From: Octopus bimaculoides
Lineage: Eukaryota
Direction: 5' to 3'
Length of the DNA: 64,000 nt
Assembly (NCBI RefSeq): GCF_001194135.2
Contig: NC_068981.1
Coordinates: 54,122,250-54,186,249 of the forward strand
Made by a program: the position numbers and the translations under genes. This document shows, one piece after another, positions 13,981-25,953 of the stretch. The notes below the pieces were generated by a model. It did not search any database and had not been told where the DNA came from. It saw only the letters and a program-made list of their open reading frames with translations. Within the stretch, counting starts at the first letter, position 1, and each line of letters begins with the position of its first letter.

Positions 13981-14032
13981 TGCTAGTGATGGCTGCGCCT
14001 AGCTCTTTTATACATACATACATACACACACC

Positions 14033-14074
<42 letters not shown>

Positions 14075-14278
14075 NNNNNNNNNNNNNNNNNNNNNNNNNN
14101 NNNNNNNNNNNNNNNNNNNNNNNNNNNNNNNNNNNNNNNNNNNNNNNNATTTATATATATATATATATATAATGACATACATACATGCAATTATGAGCAT
14201 ACACATCTTTAATAGATACGTATGGATATGTCTGTATATATGTATGTTTCTGTGTGTTGTAGTGTGTGTATGTGTAAC

Positions 14279-14336
<58 letters not shown>

Positions 14337-14680
14337 TATTTTAAGCCAATATTCTTGCCGATGAAGCTGTTCCTATGCTGGAGGTGGGGACACTTAAGCT
14401 ATTTCTTAACGGAGTCCCTTATCTGTTCATAAGAACGAAATCGTTTTATTTTATCGGAAAACCCCAACACTAAAGTTAACTGCCTGTTAGAAAGGAATAA
14501 TAAATATCAGCAATATATTTGCCGTATTTAACGTCGTTACAAACCAAAAGACCACCCAAGTAGCAGCATTCCTTCTGTCCAGTTTACAGTTGAGCGCAGT
14601 CAAGAAATAAGAAGATATTGCAAACAACCCGGAAAGTGAAAATTATATTAATGTCTGTGGATATATTTACGTTTGTTGAT

Positions 14681-14907
14681 GTTGTTATTTAGCCCCAAAG
14701 TCAGCTCTGATTCAGCAGACCTATGACAAAAAACGACCTAGTCAAGAGTATTCCGTCTATTTTTTTTTCTTCATCACACATAGCGAGTCCAGGATTTCAT
14801 TACTCAGTGTGTCCTTGCTATTTTTAAGGAAGTAAAGTGTGGCATAAGATTAATTTGGTTGTTCTTTCTAGTAGGTCGAGTGACTACTTAGAAGCGACTC
14901 TCATTGG
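14681..14907 (+). repeat. Unclassified dispersed repeat (family U) copy
   Basis: Starts GTTGTTATTTAGCCCC...GTCAGCTCTGAT and ends TTCTAGTAGGTCGAGTGACTAC; similar copies elsewhere in the window. Confidence 0.55.
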
Positions 14908-15528
14908 TTATTCATATGTTATTAGTAAAGATGTTGTTCAATGTAATAACTATCAAAGATTTAATTAGAGATATTTAGGAGGCAAGGAAAAGACATTATC
15001 TCAATAACTAATATTATATTAATAATTTCGGTAGAAATGGGAGACAATCCCGAGAAAATTTCAGTCTTATTAGGCCTTCTTAGTGAATAATAAACCTTTC
15101 TATATATGCAGAAATAGGGATGGAAGAATCTCTGAGTCGGTGTATAATATTGTGTGAAAAAGAAGATACAATAATAGGTGTGAAAAATTAGACTTTTGCT
15201 GCCTGTTGTTATTAAATAATATTATATAGTGAGAAAAACTCAGGAAGCAATTACTAATATTTATTATTTTTTAATTATTTTTTTAATAATCTATTTATTT
15301 ATTTATTTCGGCATGTGTAGGGGATAACTGCATACATGGTTCGGTCTTATGCACACTATATCATTTATGTTAATTTTACCTTAACTATTGTTTTGCTTGC
15401 GGATATATGAAGTCTTCGTGTAATTAGCTCTAAATAATATATCTTTTTTTATTTTTATATGATTGTAAATTGACTTCGCACACACGAGTTTATTTTGAAG
15501 AAAAGAATAATATGACAAGGAGAATGAA

Positions 15529-15690
<162 letters not shown>

Positions 15691-15979
15691 ATGGGGCAGA
15701 GATTGCGAGAGAGAAAGAGAATAAGGTGAGAGAATAAGATGAGGGAGAGAGAGGGAGTAAAACTGAGAGATTAAAATTAATAACATTAAAAATAATGGTT
15801 TTACAATGAAATAACGGCTGTACAGTACGCGACTGTACAATCTCTCTTTAACACGTAGACTTCAGACTTCACCTGAAGATACAATTGCAGTTGCTTAACA
15901 GTATAACTACTATTTTATGTTTGTAGTCAAGTTGCCTTTCTAACGATATTATTCTAATTGCTTCTCACACAAAAGTTGT

Positions 15980-16255
15980 CTTCGCCTTTCATCCTTTTGG
16001 GATCGATAAAAAAAATACCAGTTGAGCATTGGAGTTGATGTAACCGACTAGCACTCCTCTCCACATAATTTCAGACCTTGTGCCTATAAGTAGAAAGAAT
16101 TAATAAGGCGATTTGCTGCATATCCTTCAAGTCATTGCGTTCTGAGTTCATATCCCGCTGTGGTCAACTTAGCTTTTCTTCTTTTCAGGATCGATAAAAT
16201 AAAGTATCCGACAGGCACTGGCTCTGCTCCTTAAAATTGCTGGCCTTGTGAAAGA
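15980..16255 (+). mobile_element. Two degenerate or partial SINE family 1 copies in tandem
   Basis: CGCCTTTCATCCTTTTGGGATCGATAAA...CCTTGTGCC, then TTCTGAGTTCATATCCCGC...CTGGCCTTGTG. Confidence 0.65.
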
Positions 16256-16479
16256 AAATTATTAATCTTATTTAAGATTTCTTTTGTTTATTAGTCCCCC
16301 CCTCGTTCCCCCCTCTCTCTCTGTATTATATAAGTTGCTGGCATTTTGAATTAGAAATAAAATTTCCATTAAGGCCCTTAAGTTAAGTTACGTCTCACGC
16401 TTGTCTTTCACATCAATTCGTGTATGACTAAATATACATCATGTTAGTCCAATCGAACATCTAGGATAGGCATAACATT

Positions 16480-18150
16480 ATACCATCCCTTGATATATCT
16501 TCAACAAAGATTCTGCCTGGTAAAAACTTAGATCCCATACGTTCATTTCATGTCATTAGTATTGGATCGTTTGATTGCAGAAGATATATGTGAGGTCGCC
16601 GGCCAATACATGCTAAATGTACTAAGTAGGAAATTCGCAGCATTAGAACTAAGATGACGACTAACCGTCTTTCATTGTGTCTGTGGTCATATATTAGATA
16701 TCTTAAAGAAAGACCTCAATAGCACATCTAAGAATTTCATCGTAAAAATAACTATAACTTCTGTCTTAGTATTGTAAAGGTCATTGATATCACTCTTGGT
16801 TTGCACACAGACATATACAAAACATACAAGAAACCGAAACGAATAATTCACTTATATTAACAAGAACTGTCACCCATCCATAATCTTAAAAAACCCAGTT
16901 AGTAATGCTATATTATACTACAGAAAGTATCTATAGATTTTAGCCAACACTGTATGTAAAAAAGAGGTAACCGCCTTGCCTTTAACAGCAATATCTTTAA
17001 AATGTGTTGTAAGTGCAAAGTAATTTATCCGACTTACTTAAACCCTTAGCAATAATGGGCTTATAAATAGTGTCTACATAGATACTTAAAATGGGTACTT
17101 TACTCCGATGGGATCCAGTGTTGGGATTTCCCAGCACTGGATTGAAACTAGTCCTACTGACTTCTCTTTTTCTGTAACACTAAAATATTGAATATGAAGA
17201 GGAATAGTGTATATAAATGTTTACATCTGACAATTATATACAGTGTTGTTTAAATCTATACATATATATGTTGTAGTATAGTACAAAATACTGTTAACGT
17301 ACCAGCAGTTTACTAGTTAGTAATTTCAGTAGAAGGATTTCTAATTGCTCCTTACTTAAAAATATCTTCGACAAAGTAATACCCTTTTAAATCAGTTCTT
17401 TAGCTAGCAGCTGTTTCAAATATAAAATTATTTCTATATCGCACAAAAATAGAATCTGCAACATTACATAGTTCGCATCTCCTGTTAATTTAAACGTCAA
17501 GTCTAATATCGATAAAACAATTCTTGCTTTAGTAGATTTCCTAGTTCTCCACCCCTGTAGGAAACTCTTTAACATAGACTATATATAAGTTATTTATAAT
17601 TGCAGATTTAACATGAAAACCTTCATAACATACCAGCCAACAACTTTATATGGAACAAGCTGCATATACAATCACGTTAATACATAGCCACTCAATCAAT
17701 TATGTAATACCGAAGTAATAATATATGAAAGAATAATTACCTCTATCGTACATAGCAGAGCGACAAAGCGTAAGCACTGCATAAAAATAACAGAGGGTAA
17801 ATTCAAATACCGCTGCATCTTTCTTTAGGCATACCGAAAAGTACATAGCACCTTTGTCAAACACCATCTGGAAATCAGAGTTAGACTTACCTTTATATTA
17901 AATTATATATATCGATGAACGCCCTCAGAATGAAGCAAGTTTTGAATAAATTGTCCAAAAATACAGTTAATATACAGAGGAGAAAAATGTAAAAAAAACT
18001 CCAGGAATTACTAATCTACAAGGTCTAAGTTTTTCACTAATTAGCAAAAACTTCGATAAATCCTATTTAAATTTTGGAAATTCCCATCACCCACTAATTA
18101 AACAGCTAAGCATTCAATAAACAGTTGCATCGTCACAAGATTAAACTTCG
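16480..18150 (+). mobile_element. Penelope-like element fossil (RT, linker, GIY-YIG endonuclease), interrupted at 16907-17314
   Basis: Frameshifted peptides in the expected order: GSFD../AEDICEVAGQYMLNVLS, an RDD-like remnant, VIDITLGLHTDIYKTYKKP, YINKNCHPSIILKN, RRISNCS..IFDKVIP, NVKSNIDKTILALVDF..HPCRKLFN, ITEGKFKYR, SFFRH...LSNTIWK. Confidence 0.8.
16907..17314. mobile_element. 408-bp MITE-like insert with imperfect ~50-bp inverted repeats and an internal hairpin
   Basis: Flanked by direct repeat AGTTAGTAAT (16897-16906 and 17315-17324). 16911-16960 is an imperfect inverted repeat of 17234-17283. Removing the insert restores the Penelope reading frame. Confidence 0.55.
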
Positions 18151-18588
18151 GACATCTTCCTTCTAGTTCTAATATTCTTTAATCTGATTAATCACTAAGA
18201 TACGGTTAACACCATAACTGACTTGCTTTATCGTAAGGCTTTCTTAAAAAAAACTTTTGAAATTTGCCTAATAAACAATTGGTATTCCACGCAACCACCA
18301 GTAGGAGAAACAGTCCACTTATTGCAGTGAGTCATTAACTGAATTGCATCTTTTACATTAAATTGCGCATGACCAAATATATATCATATTGGTTTCACTG
18401 GATCTTCCGTCTTGTTAGACCTTATATTATAGCGTCTGCCGATTGTTCGGTGTAGTACTCGTAGGTTGAAACTCTGAGTTAGGATGTCTTGACATAAATT
18501 TTTAGTGTATCAATACACACACCGCACTCTACATAAATACATATGTACGTATATATAGATTATGTGTTTATAAATATATATATGCATA

Positions 18589-18658
<70 letters not shown>

Positions 18659-18659
18659 T

Positions 18660-18996
18660 ACTTGGAAAAAGATGCGTGGCGTTCGATCATATAATAATAT
18701 AATGTATAAATATATGCATATATATACATACATATATGTACATACCTACATATATATGTATATATGCATGCATATATGGATACAGGACATAAAAAAATGT
18801 AGATAAAATGAGAAACGAGAACATAAAAGTCAAAAACATAGAAAACGAACTTATTTTCGAACAACGAAAAAAAAACAAACAGAGAAACGAGACATGCAAC
18901 TTAAAGAGCATTCCCTTCATCAGTTATCCCCTGTTTTATCTGCTCCGCGTTGGAATAGATAAAACAGGGGACAACTGATGAAGGGAATGTTCTTTA
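18660..18996 (-). mobile_element. Dispersed repeat containing CTGATGA (possible Penelope-type terminal repeat), ending in a fold-back
   Basis: Reverse-complement match to 39975-40275 over about 290 bp; 40-bp inverted duplication at its end. Confidence 0.6.
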
Positions 18997-19009
18997 TATA
19001 TATGCACAG

Positions 19010-19858
19010 ACATGATGGCCGTTCACTCATGATGACAGAGGAAGACCATTGCTGAACTTCAGGAACATTGTGCGCTCTAGGACTAACTTATATTTTGCAT
19101 TTGCGGCTCCGTTGGTGGCTAATGAGCCCTGCTCTTGACAAGCATACACGACTGCAAACATTACAAACCAAGCTTTCCCCATTCACTACACCAGCAGTGC
19201 GCTTTCGAGCAGCACGCTTAAGTTCTTCATGCAGAATACGTGCTCTCTCAAAAGTGTCGACCTCTCCTCAACATGTTTCCTCCAACTGTGGCGATGACAG
19301 GCATTGCCCTCACAGTCAGTCTCCTGCATATCACAGGCCTCTAATGAGGACTCGACACAGTCCTTAAATCGCAGCCTTGGTTTCTGTAGGGGTCTCTTTC
19401 CATTCACAAGTTTCCCATATAGCATCTGCTTAAGGATCCTGCTATCCTTCATCCTAATAAGGTGTCCAGTCCAACGTAAGCGGTGCCTGTGCACCATCAC
19501 CTCAATACTCAAGATATCAGCTGTCCTCAGAACCTGTGTGTCCGGAGTTTTTAAGGTCCAGCCAACATTCAGAATGTGTCTGAGACATCTCTGATGAAAG
19601 CGTTCAAACTTACATAAAGTTTGTAAAGGGTCCATGTCTCTCATGAGTAAAGGAGCGATGTCAGTACACATGCACGGTGCACTGCAATTTTTTTTGCTTT
19701 GTGATGCCATGCTGGGACCAGACACGAGACTGAAGAGACCGGAAGGAATCAGTTGCCCTCTGTAGCCTGAAAGATATTTCATCATCCAGAGAGCAAGAAC
19801 GGCTGAGTGTGCTGCTCTGATAAGTTCATGAAGCGACTGCATGAATCACAACCAGATC
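19010..19858 (-). mobile_element. RTE (BovB-like) LINE, 5'-truncated 3' part
   Basis: SLDDEISFRLQRA..., RVWSQHGI, IAVHRACVLTSLLYS*ETWT, FERFHQRCLRHIL...HRLRWTGHLIRMKDSRILKQMLYG...RLRFKD, terminal CNVCSRVCLSRAGLISHQRS motif; frameshifts present. Confidence 0.9.
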
Positions 19859-19885
19859 GTATATATATATATATATATGTTTGTG

Positions 19886-19925
<40 letters not shown>

Positions 19926-19954
19926 GCACACACACATATATATATACACGCACG

Positions 19955-20002
<48 letters not shown>

Positions 20003-20849
20003 AAGGAGAAAGAGAAGAGAGAGAAAGGTGGGGGAGAAATAAAGGGGAGAACTGTATTTAAAAAACTGAATAAACTTCTCCAGATTTTGTAGCATAGAGA
20101 ACTTTGGTGAGTTTGATACATTTAATAGTCTCTTTGGAGCACAGGGTCTAGTTTCCTAATTTTCTTTCCAGACATATCTTGACAGTAGCAACTTTTTGCA
20201 AATGCCCAAAACTGATAGGCTAAGGTATATCATATTTTAAGATTTACTGGCTTCTTTACACGAATATGTCTCGTTAACGTACTTCAAGCAAATTGAAAGA
20301 AAATTGTTTCATAGGAAGCGAGAAGCAAAAGAAAAAAGAATTATTACATAACTTATGTGCATGAGACACCCTACTTTCAGTATTTCACTCAACGTTTCAA
20401 ATGGCTGGTGTTCCTTGTACAAAATCATTAGCCTGTGCAAATCATTTTTTAAAAAAAGCATTTAAAAAATTCAGTTGGTGTTTTGCAGACAGAGATTGCT
20501 GCTAGTCTCATCTAATTCTTGTTTTTTTATTTCATCTTATAAGTCATAAAATGCTTTCAAATTTGTAATAGCAATAATCCTTTGTTAAATTTACTCAAGC
20601 CATACATTTATGTGTTAGTTGCTCGTCTTTTAACGGATAAAAAAAAAAAGGCAGGTGGCAGAATTAGTAAAGTGACGAATAATAAAACACATTACACAAT
20701 AAGATTATATTTTTTATAGGGTGTGTTAAAATACCACTGCCGTAACACAAAATTACAAATATACTACTGTTCCGAAAAAACTCTGGCAATCCCTGGACTG
20801 AGTGCTAGTGAGGGTGTGCATTATCAGTTCAGGATAAACAATACAGATA

Positions 20850-21028
20850 TGGGAACGTGTTGCGCCTCAGTTAGAAACTCGTACGTCTTGAGCCTAAATT
20901 CCGCTGAAGTCCACTTTGCCTTTCATTCTTTCAGAGTTGATAAAATAAGTAACAGTTAATCACTTGGGTAAATGTAATCGACTTACTCCCACTCCAAAGT
21001 TACAGGCCTTGTGCCAATAGTAGAAAGG

Positions 21029-21030
<2 letters not shown>
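20850..21030 (+). mobile_element. SINE family 1 copy, degenerate, with (TTA)n tail
   Basis: ACTTTGCCTTTCATTCTTTC...GGCCTTGTGCCAATAGTAGAAAGGATTATT. Confidence 0.75.
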
Positions 21031-21072
<42 letters not shown>

Positions 21073-21073
21073 A

Positions 21074-21284
21074 GCGGCGTGCTGGCAGAATCGTTAGCAC
21101 GCCGGACTAAATGCTTAGCGGTGTTTCGTCCGTCTTTACGTTCTTAGTTCAAATTCCGCCGAGGTCAACTTTATATTTCATCCTTTCGGGGTCGATAAAT
21201 TTAGTACCAGTGAAACACTGGAGTCGATATAATTGAGTAGTCCCCTCCCCACAAATTTCAGGCCTTGTGCCTTTAGTAGAAATG
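21074..21284 (+). mobile_element. SINE family 1 copy, full length
   Basis: GCGGCGTGCTGGCAGAATCGTTAGCACGCC...GTTCAAATTCCGCCGAGG...; (TTA)n on both sides. Confidence 0.9.
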
Positions 21285-21302
21285 ATTATTATTATTATAT
21301 TA

Positions 21303-21480
21303 TTATTACCCCCGCCTTAGCGAAAGCGGGGGTATTGTTTTCAGTCGTGCTTGTTTGTTTGCCTTGATATCTCAAGAACCGCTGAGTGGATTGAGATGAA
21401 ACTTTCAGAGATATTTGGCCTTGGGACTGGCACAAACTAATTAGATTTTAAGATCAACTGAGTGGGTACTACTACCAACC
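21303..21480 (+). mobile_element. Non-autonomous DNA element end, DINE-1/HINE-like or Crypton-like
   Basis: TTATTACCCCCGCC start with a 9-bp hairpin (21307-21315 / 21326-21334), then TTGTTTTCAGTCG, (GTTT)n and ATCTCAAGAACCGCTGAGTGGATT..GATGAAACTTT. This layout is typical of such elements; superfamily not established. Confidence 0.4.
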
Positions 21481-21489
21481 TACTGTAGC

Positions 21490-22430
21490 AAATGTGCAGC
21501 CAGAGTGAGGATTGGTAGAGTGCCCCCAGAAATTGACAAGGCCATCGTCTATAATGCAGAGGAGGATACCAAAATGCTGAAAATTACAAGAACTACGGAG
21601 GTAAACTGTTGGGGATACGACCTTGAGGTGTCGGTTCACATCAGTTTACCAGACCTCCACAAAATTGCAGAGGAGTTGGTGTTGCCGGACGAGACGAGGC
21701 TGAGAGTTGTAGTGGAAGGAAGACCTGTATGCTATCAATGTTAAGTGTCCCCAGAAACACGAAGAGAAGGTGACGGAAATGGAACAGCAAGAAGAGGTAG
21801 ACGTGCAAGGCATGGAGGAGCAGAGGCCAGCGGAAAATATGGACGAAAGATACACAGTGGTGAAGAGGAAGAAAAGACAAGAAAACGTGGACTCACCACC
21901 AAAGAGTCCCATGAAGAAAAAAAAAAAAAGGAAGTGTAGAGGAGAGACAAGGGGTTACCAAAAGGAGGAAAAGCGAACGAGCAGAAAAGAAACGAGATGT
22001 CAGCAAAATTAAGCGAGAAAGACGAAGAGAGAAAACAGAGAGCAATACCAGCAATTAGTACGGAGGAGAACGTAAAAGGATAGGAAAAAAAGGAGGATAG
22101 AAGAGAAATGACAACATCGAGCGAGAGACAAGCAGAGAAGGAAGAGATGGAAACATCAGCAACAGCAGAAGAGATTCGTAATGGAAATCAGAAAGTAACA
22201 CTGAAAGGAAAACAAGTAAGAACTATGATACAGTACAGAAAAAAAAAATGTAGAAATTGAAAAAAGATGACGGAAATGAAAAACGTAATTAGGGTGAAGT
22301 TAGCGCCTAAACCGTACAATGAAGGATTTAAAGCAGTCTTGCTTGTAAAAGAGAAAGGTGAAAAGTTGAAAGAACAATTCGGGAAAATGATAGAGATATC
22401 ACCGTTACAGTTTCGATTCAATGAGTTGCC
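21490..22430 (+). mobile_element. Degraded gag-like ORF1 of a Tx1/L1-clade LINE (second subfamily)
   Basis: ARVRIGRVPPEID...RVVVEGRPVCYQC is homologous to SRIKITRVPPEVD...VFVEGRKPRCFLC at 26710-26975. Zinc knuckle is broken; an E/K-rich tail follows. Confidence 0.7.
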
Positions 22431-22431
22431 A

Positions 22432-23078
22432 CCGGTGGTGGTGGTTTTGTAGGAAATTTCAAATTAGATCAAGCCTCGACCTCCTTGAACTCTGGGTAGG
22501 TAAAGACGATCTGCGTATGCCTTTGGGTGGTGAATCCTTATTGAAAGTCAGCAATTTACGGATTTCCCAGTCAATCTTCCTTATTTCGCTCATATTCCAG
22601 TTCAACACATTGAAACTGTAAATAACAACAGGAACTGCTAAGGAATTTACAGCTAACATCTTGTTACGGATTTTAGGACTGCTCGAACTCTCCTATAACA
22701 CTTCTTCCTGATCTTCTCTTTCGTACTTGCATATTGAATGCCAGAGCCCTCATTTATTCCGAGTTATCTGTAAGTTTGTTCCTGCTCGAGTTCCTGCTCA
22801 GGCTCTTTTATGACTATGTCAACACCCAACACCACTAAATGTGAGGTCTTCAGTTTCCCTTTCTGGAAAGTGACCTTGGCGCATTTACCAAGACCAAATT
22901 CCACCCCAGTGTCATCACTGAATGCTTTCACAGTACGTAGTAGTCCTTCAAGCTTATTATCGTCTTTGCCATAGAATTTTAAGTCATCCATATAAAACAG
23001 ATTACTTATTTTCTTGTCGCCAATTTTATATCCATACTCTGTTCTGTTAAGTTAACTTGCAAGAGGTATTAGGGCTAT
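22432..23078 (-). mobile_element. R4/Dong-like LINE, RT fragment
   Basis: IALIPL...LFYMDDLKFYGKDDNKLEGLLRTVKAFSDDTGVEFGLGKCAK...YR*LGINE...NKMLAVNSLAVPVVIYSF...RLYLPRVQGGRGLI (YMDD catalytic motif). Confidence 0.9.
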
Positions 23079-23153
23079 GCAGAAAATTATTACTATTATT
23101 ATGTTTTTTTCCCTTCTTTCTTCAAATTTTCTTCCATTTCTCGCCGAGTGTTT

Positions 23154-23154
<1 letters not shown>

Positions 23155-23242
<88 letters not shown>

Positions 23243-23285
23243 GTTGTTGTTGTTGTTGTTATCATCATCATCATTATTATTATCA
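23155..23285. repeat. (TTA)n(TTG)n(TCA)n microsatellite
   Basis: Seen directly. Confidence 0.95.
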
Positions 23286-23290
23286 TTAAA

Positions 23291-23485
23291 GGCAGCGAGC
23301 TAGCAGAATGGTTAGCACATCTGACAAAATGTTTAACAGTATTTCCTCTAATCCAAATTCCACCGAGGTCGACAGCGCTCTTCTTTCGGTGTCAGTATAA
23401 TAGGTACCAGTCAAGCACTAAGTTCGATATAATAGTCTAACTCTTATCTCCTAAAATTTCAGGGGTTGTATCAATATCAAAAAGT
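23291..23485 (+). mobile_element. SINE family 1 copy, degenerate
   Basis: GGCAGCGAGCTAGCAGAATGGTTAGCAC...CAAATTCCACCGAGGTCGAC. Confidence 0.75.
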
Positions 23486-23849
23486 ATGATTTTATTTCAG
23501 TATTTTTATGCCAGTGACTACTACATTGGCATGCACGTACACCTTCATGTTCCTTAGCTGTGGGCCTGTAGAACAGTGTCTGTGTAATGCATCAGTTTTG
23601 CTCTATTGTGAGATTTGGTTTGTTGTTTCTGATGTTATTGTGATGCTTCCTCTGTTGCGTTTCCGCGCAATTAATGTTATGTGGTTTTTAGAGTCAGTTG
23701 TAGCTTAGTAAGAGTATGTATTGTGTTATTTTATTAGAAAGTAATTTTGTTGAACATGCGTATAGCGACATTATTCGGTGGTGATTCCGAACTCTATGTG
23801 TTGTCTGATATGTTTTAATTTATTTATTGTTAGTTACGTGCACTGTTTC

Positions 23850-24118
23850 AATAATGCTATTGACTTGAAAATGTCTTGCGTAGGTCACGAACCGTGTCTA
23901 ACTGGGTTATCTTTTTTCTGGACAGCGTATAATATTATGAGCTTCCCTAGGGTTTATATGTTCATAATTTCTTTATCATCCTTACAGCTCCAATTATTAT
24001 TGATATCGTTTTTATTATTATGCCTCCATGCTGCTTATTTCAAGTTCAAGATGCTTGTATATTTGTAATTTGACAGTTTCTCCACCACACTTCGGGCAAT
24101 GCTTTTGCCAGATATTAC
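23850..24118 (-). mobile_element. R4/Dong-like LINE, C-terminal endonuclease fragment, degraded
   Basis: KLQIYKHLELEISSM, TISIIIGAVRMIKK and KITQLDTVRDLRKTFSSQ* resemble the R4 end seen at 44248-44545 and 44783-44910. The 5' end abuts (TAA)n on the same strand. Confidence 0.6.
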
Positions 24119-24119
24119 G

Positions 24120-24164
<45 letters not shown>

Positions 24165-24169
24165 ATCAT

Positions 24170-24350
24170 TGCTGGGCAGAATCATTAGAATGTCGGAAAA
24201 AATGTCTTGCACTATTTGTTCCGGCCCTTCACGTTTCGAGTATAAATTCTGCTGCAATCAACTTTGTTTTCCATCCTATAGAGGTCGGTAAAATAGAGTA
24301 CCAGTCAAATATTTGGGTCGATAACACTCCTAAAAACTGCTAACCTTGCG
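24170..24350 (+). mobile_element. SINE family 1 copy, degenerate
   Basis: GGCAGAATCATTAGAATGTCGG...GGTCGGTAAAATAGAGTACCAGTC. Confidence 0.65.
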
Positions 24351-24816
24351 CCTAAATCAGAAACCACCACCACCGCCGCTGTCAACACCCCACCACTACT
24401 ACTACTACTACAAGCAGCAGTATTAATGTTAATCACAAATGGTATTGACAGTGGTTGTAGCAATAATTTTTGCGTTGTTTTTAGTGATAACACCAGCAGC
24501 TGTAAGTCCTACTCCAATACACATTAAGCGCATTAATAAACAGCTCTTTATATTTACGATATGGAGACGCGTATGTGTGTTAGTGTGCATAAAAGATTTT
24601 TGCATAGAAATCATTTAAAACACACACTACTTGTATATTGTTCAATACAACTGTGACCAAAAAGGGGAGATTATAAATATTAAGTAGAGGCTCGACAATT
24701 ATAAATAGTGGAATATTTTAGTAGATAAGGCTATAAATCTGCTCGTTTCATATAACAATTATATCGTGTTTATATAATAAAGATATCGACAAGAAATAGA
24801 ACAATGTGCGCACACA

Positions 24817-24867
<51 letters not shown>

Positions 24868-25779
24868 TAATAGAACTAATAGAATAATAATGATAAAAAA
24901 AAGAAGAGCAATAAATACATAAAGTAACTTCAAACAAATTTGATATTTCAAAATCAACAATGTGAACTCGTTAAAGACATTGCAGATTACTGTCTGCTTC
25001 GTAGAAGTAGTCAATTCATTAACATGACAACAATTATAGAAGCAGCCGAGTATTGAGTTGTTGTTGAGATTCTGTTAGATTAAAAAAGAATACCGAATGA
25101 AATTTTGATGAACGACTAAATGGTTCTCAAATGAATGATCAAATAAAACAATTTATTAACATGGACGAGACTCCCGGTCGTCATCTTATCTACGTTTTTC
25201 TTGCAAACAATTGACTTTCAAATATTAATGCTTGGCAACATTCGTATCAGTTGTATAGTTGCATCAATCTTACAACTGATGCAATAATGCAATTGAGAGA
25301 GCCTGCAAAAATCAGAATCATTACTCTTTTTCCTCTAACTTGTGAAAGAAAAAAGAATCAAATAGCACTGAAACGTATGACAAAAAGCTTTGCAGTCCAT
25401 GAAATACAAAAGTATTAACAGCGATCGAATTTTATGCAAAAATGAAAACATTTGCTAGTGTCTTTGTCAGTAGCTACCAACAACTGAAAGTTTAATGTAT
25501 CACAATGCTGTCTGATAAGTTGTGTAAATAACAAGAATACATTCGATTTCGAAACCTAGCAAGACAAGTATACATGTCATACCGGCAAAGATAACATCGA
25601 CACCGTAATTGGCATAGACAGATTAATCCATTTTAAATAAAACTAATATCAATTGTGTAAATTTTTATGTCATACCAGTCTCATACTGCAGATAATGCCA
25701 ATTAGTTATGAAACATATATGTTTATGGTATATGCCTAGTCAAAAACTTCACGATCAGCAATATATATATAGAATATAA

Positions 25780-25838
25780 GGCGGCGAGCTGGCAGAAGCA
25801 TTAGCACGCTGTGCGAAATGCTCAGCGGTATCCCGTCT
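25780..25838 (+). mobile_element. SINE family 1, 5' half (interrupted by the Tx1 element)
   Basis: GGCGGCGAGCTGGCAGAAGCATTAGCACGCTGTGCGAAATGCTCAGCGGTAT, after which SINE similarity stops; the 3' half resumes at 29810. Confidence 0.8.
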
Positions 25839-25953
25839 CTGTGTTCGTGGTGAAAATTGCTGTTTCTTAGTGTTATTATTTATAATAAGTGCTGTTTCTA
25901 ATAACTGATATTTCTGTTAAATTGTTGAATTTCGTATCTGTTGGAGTTTTCAT

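Noticed and set aside
23500-23760. Possible minus-strand Penelope linker remnant (FNK, LSYN*, CITQTLFYRPT)
   Set aside because: Similarity too weak to support a call.
25150-25180. FINMDETP, resembling the first DDE motif of pogo/Tigger transposases
   Set aside because: Isolated motif; no further catalytic motifs or TIRs found.
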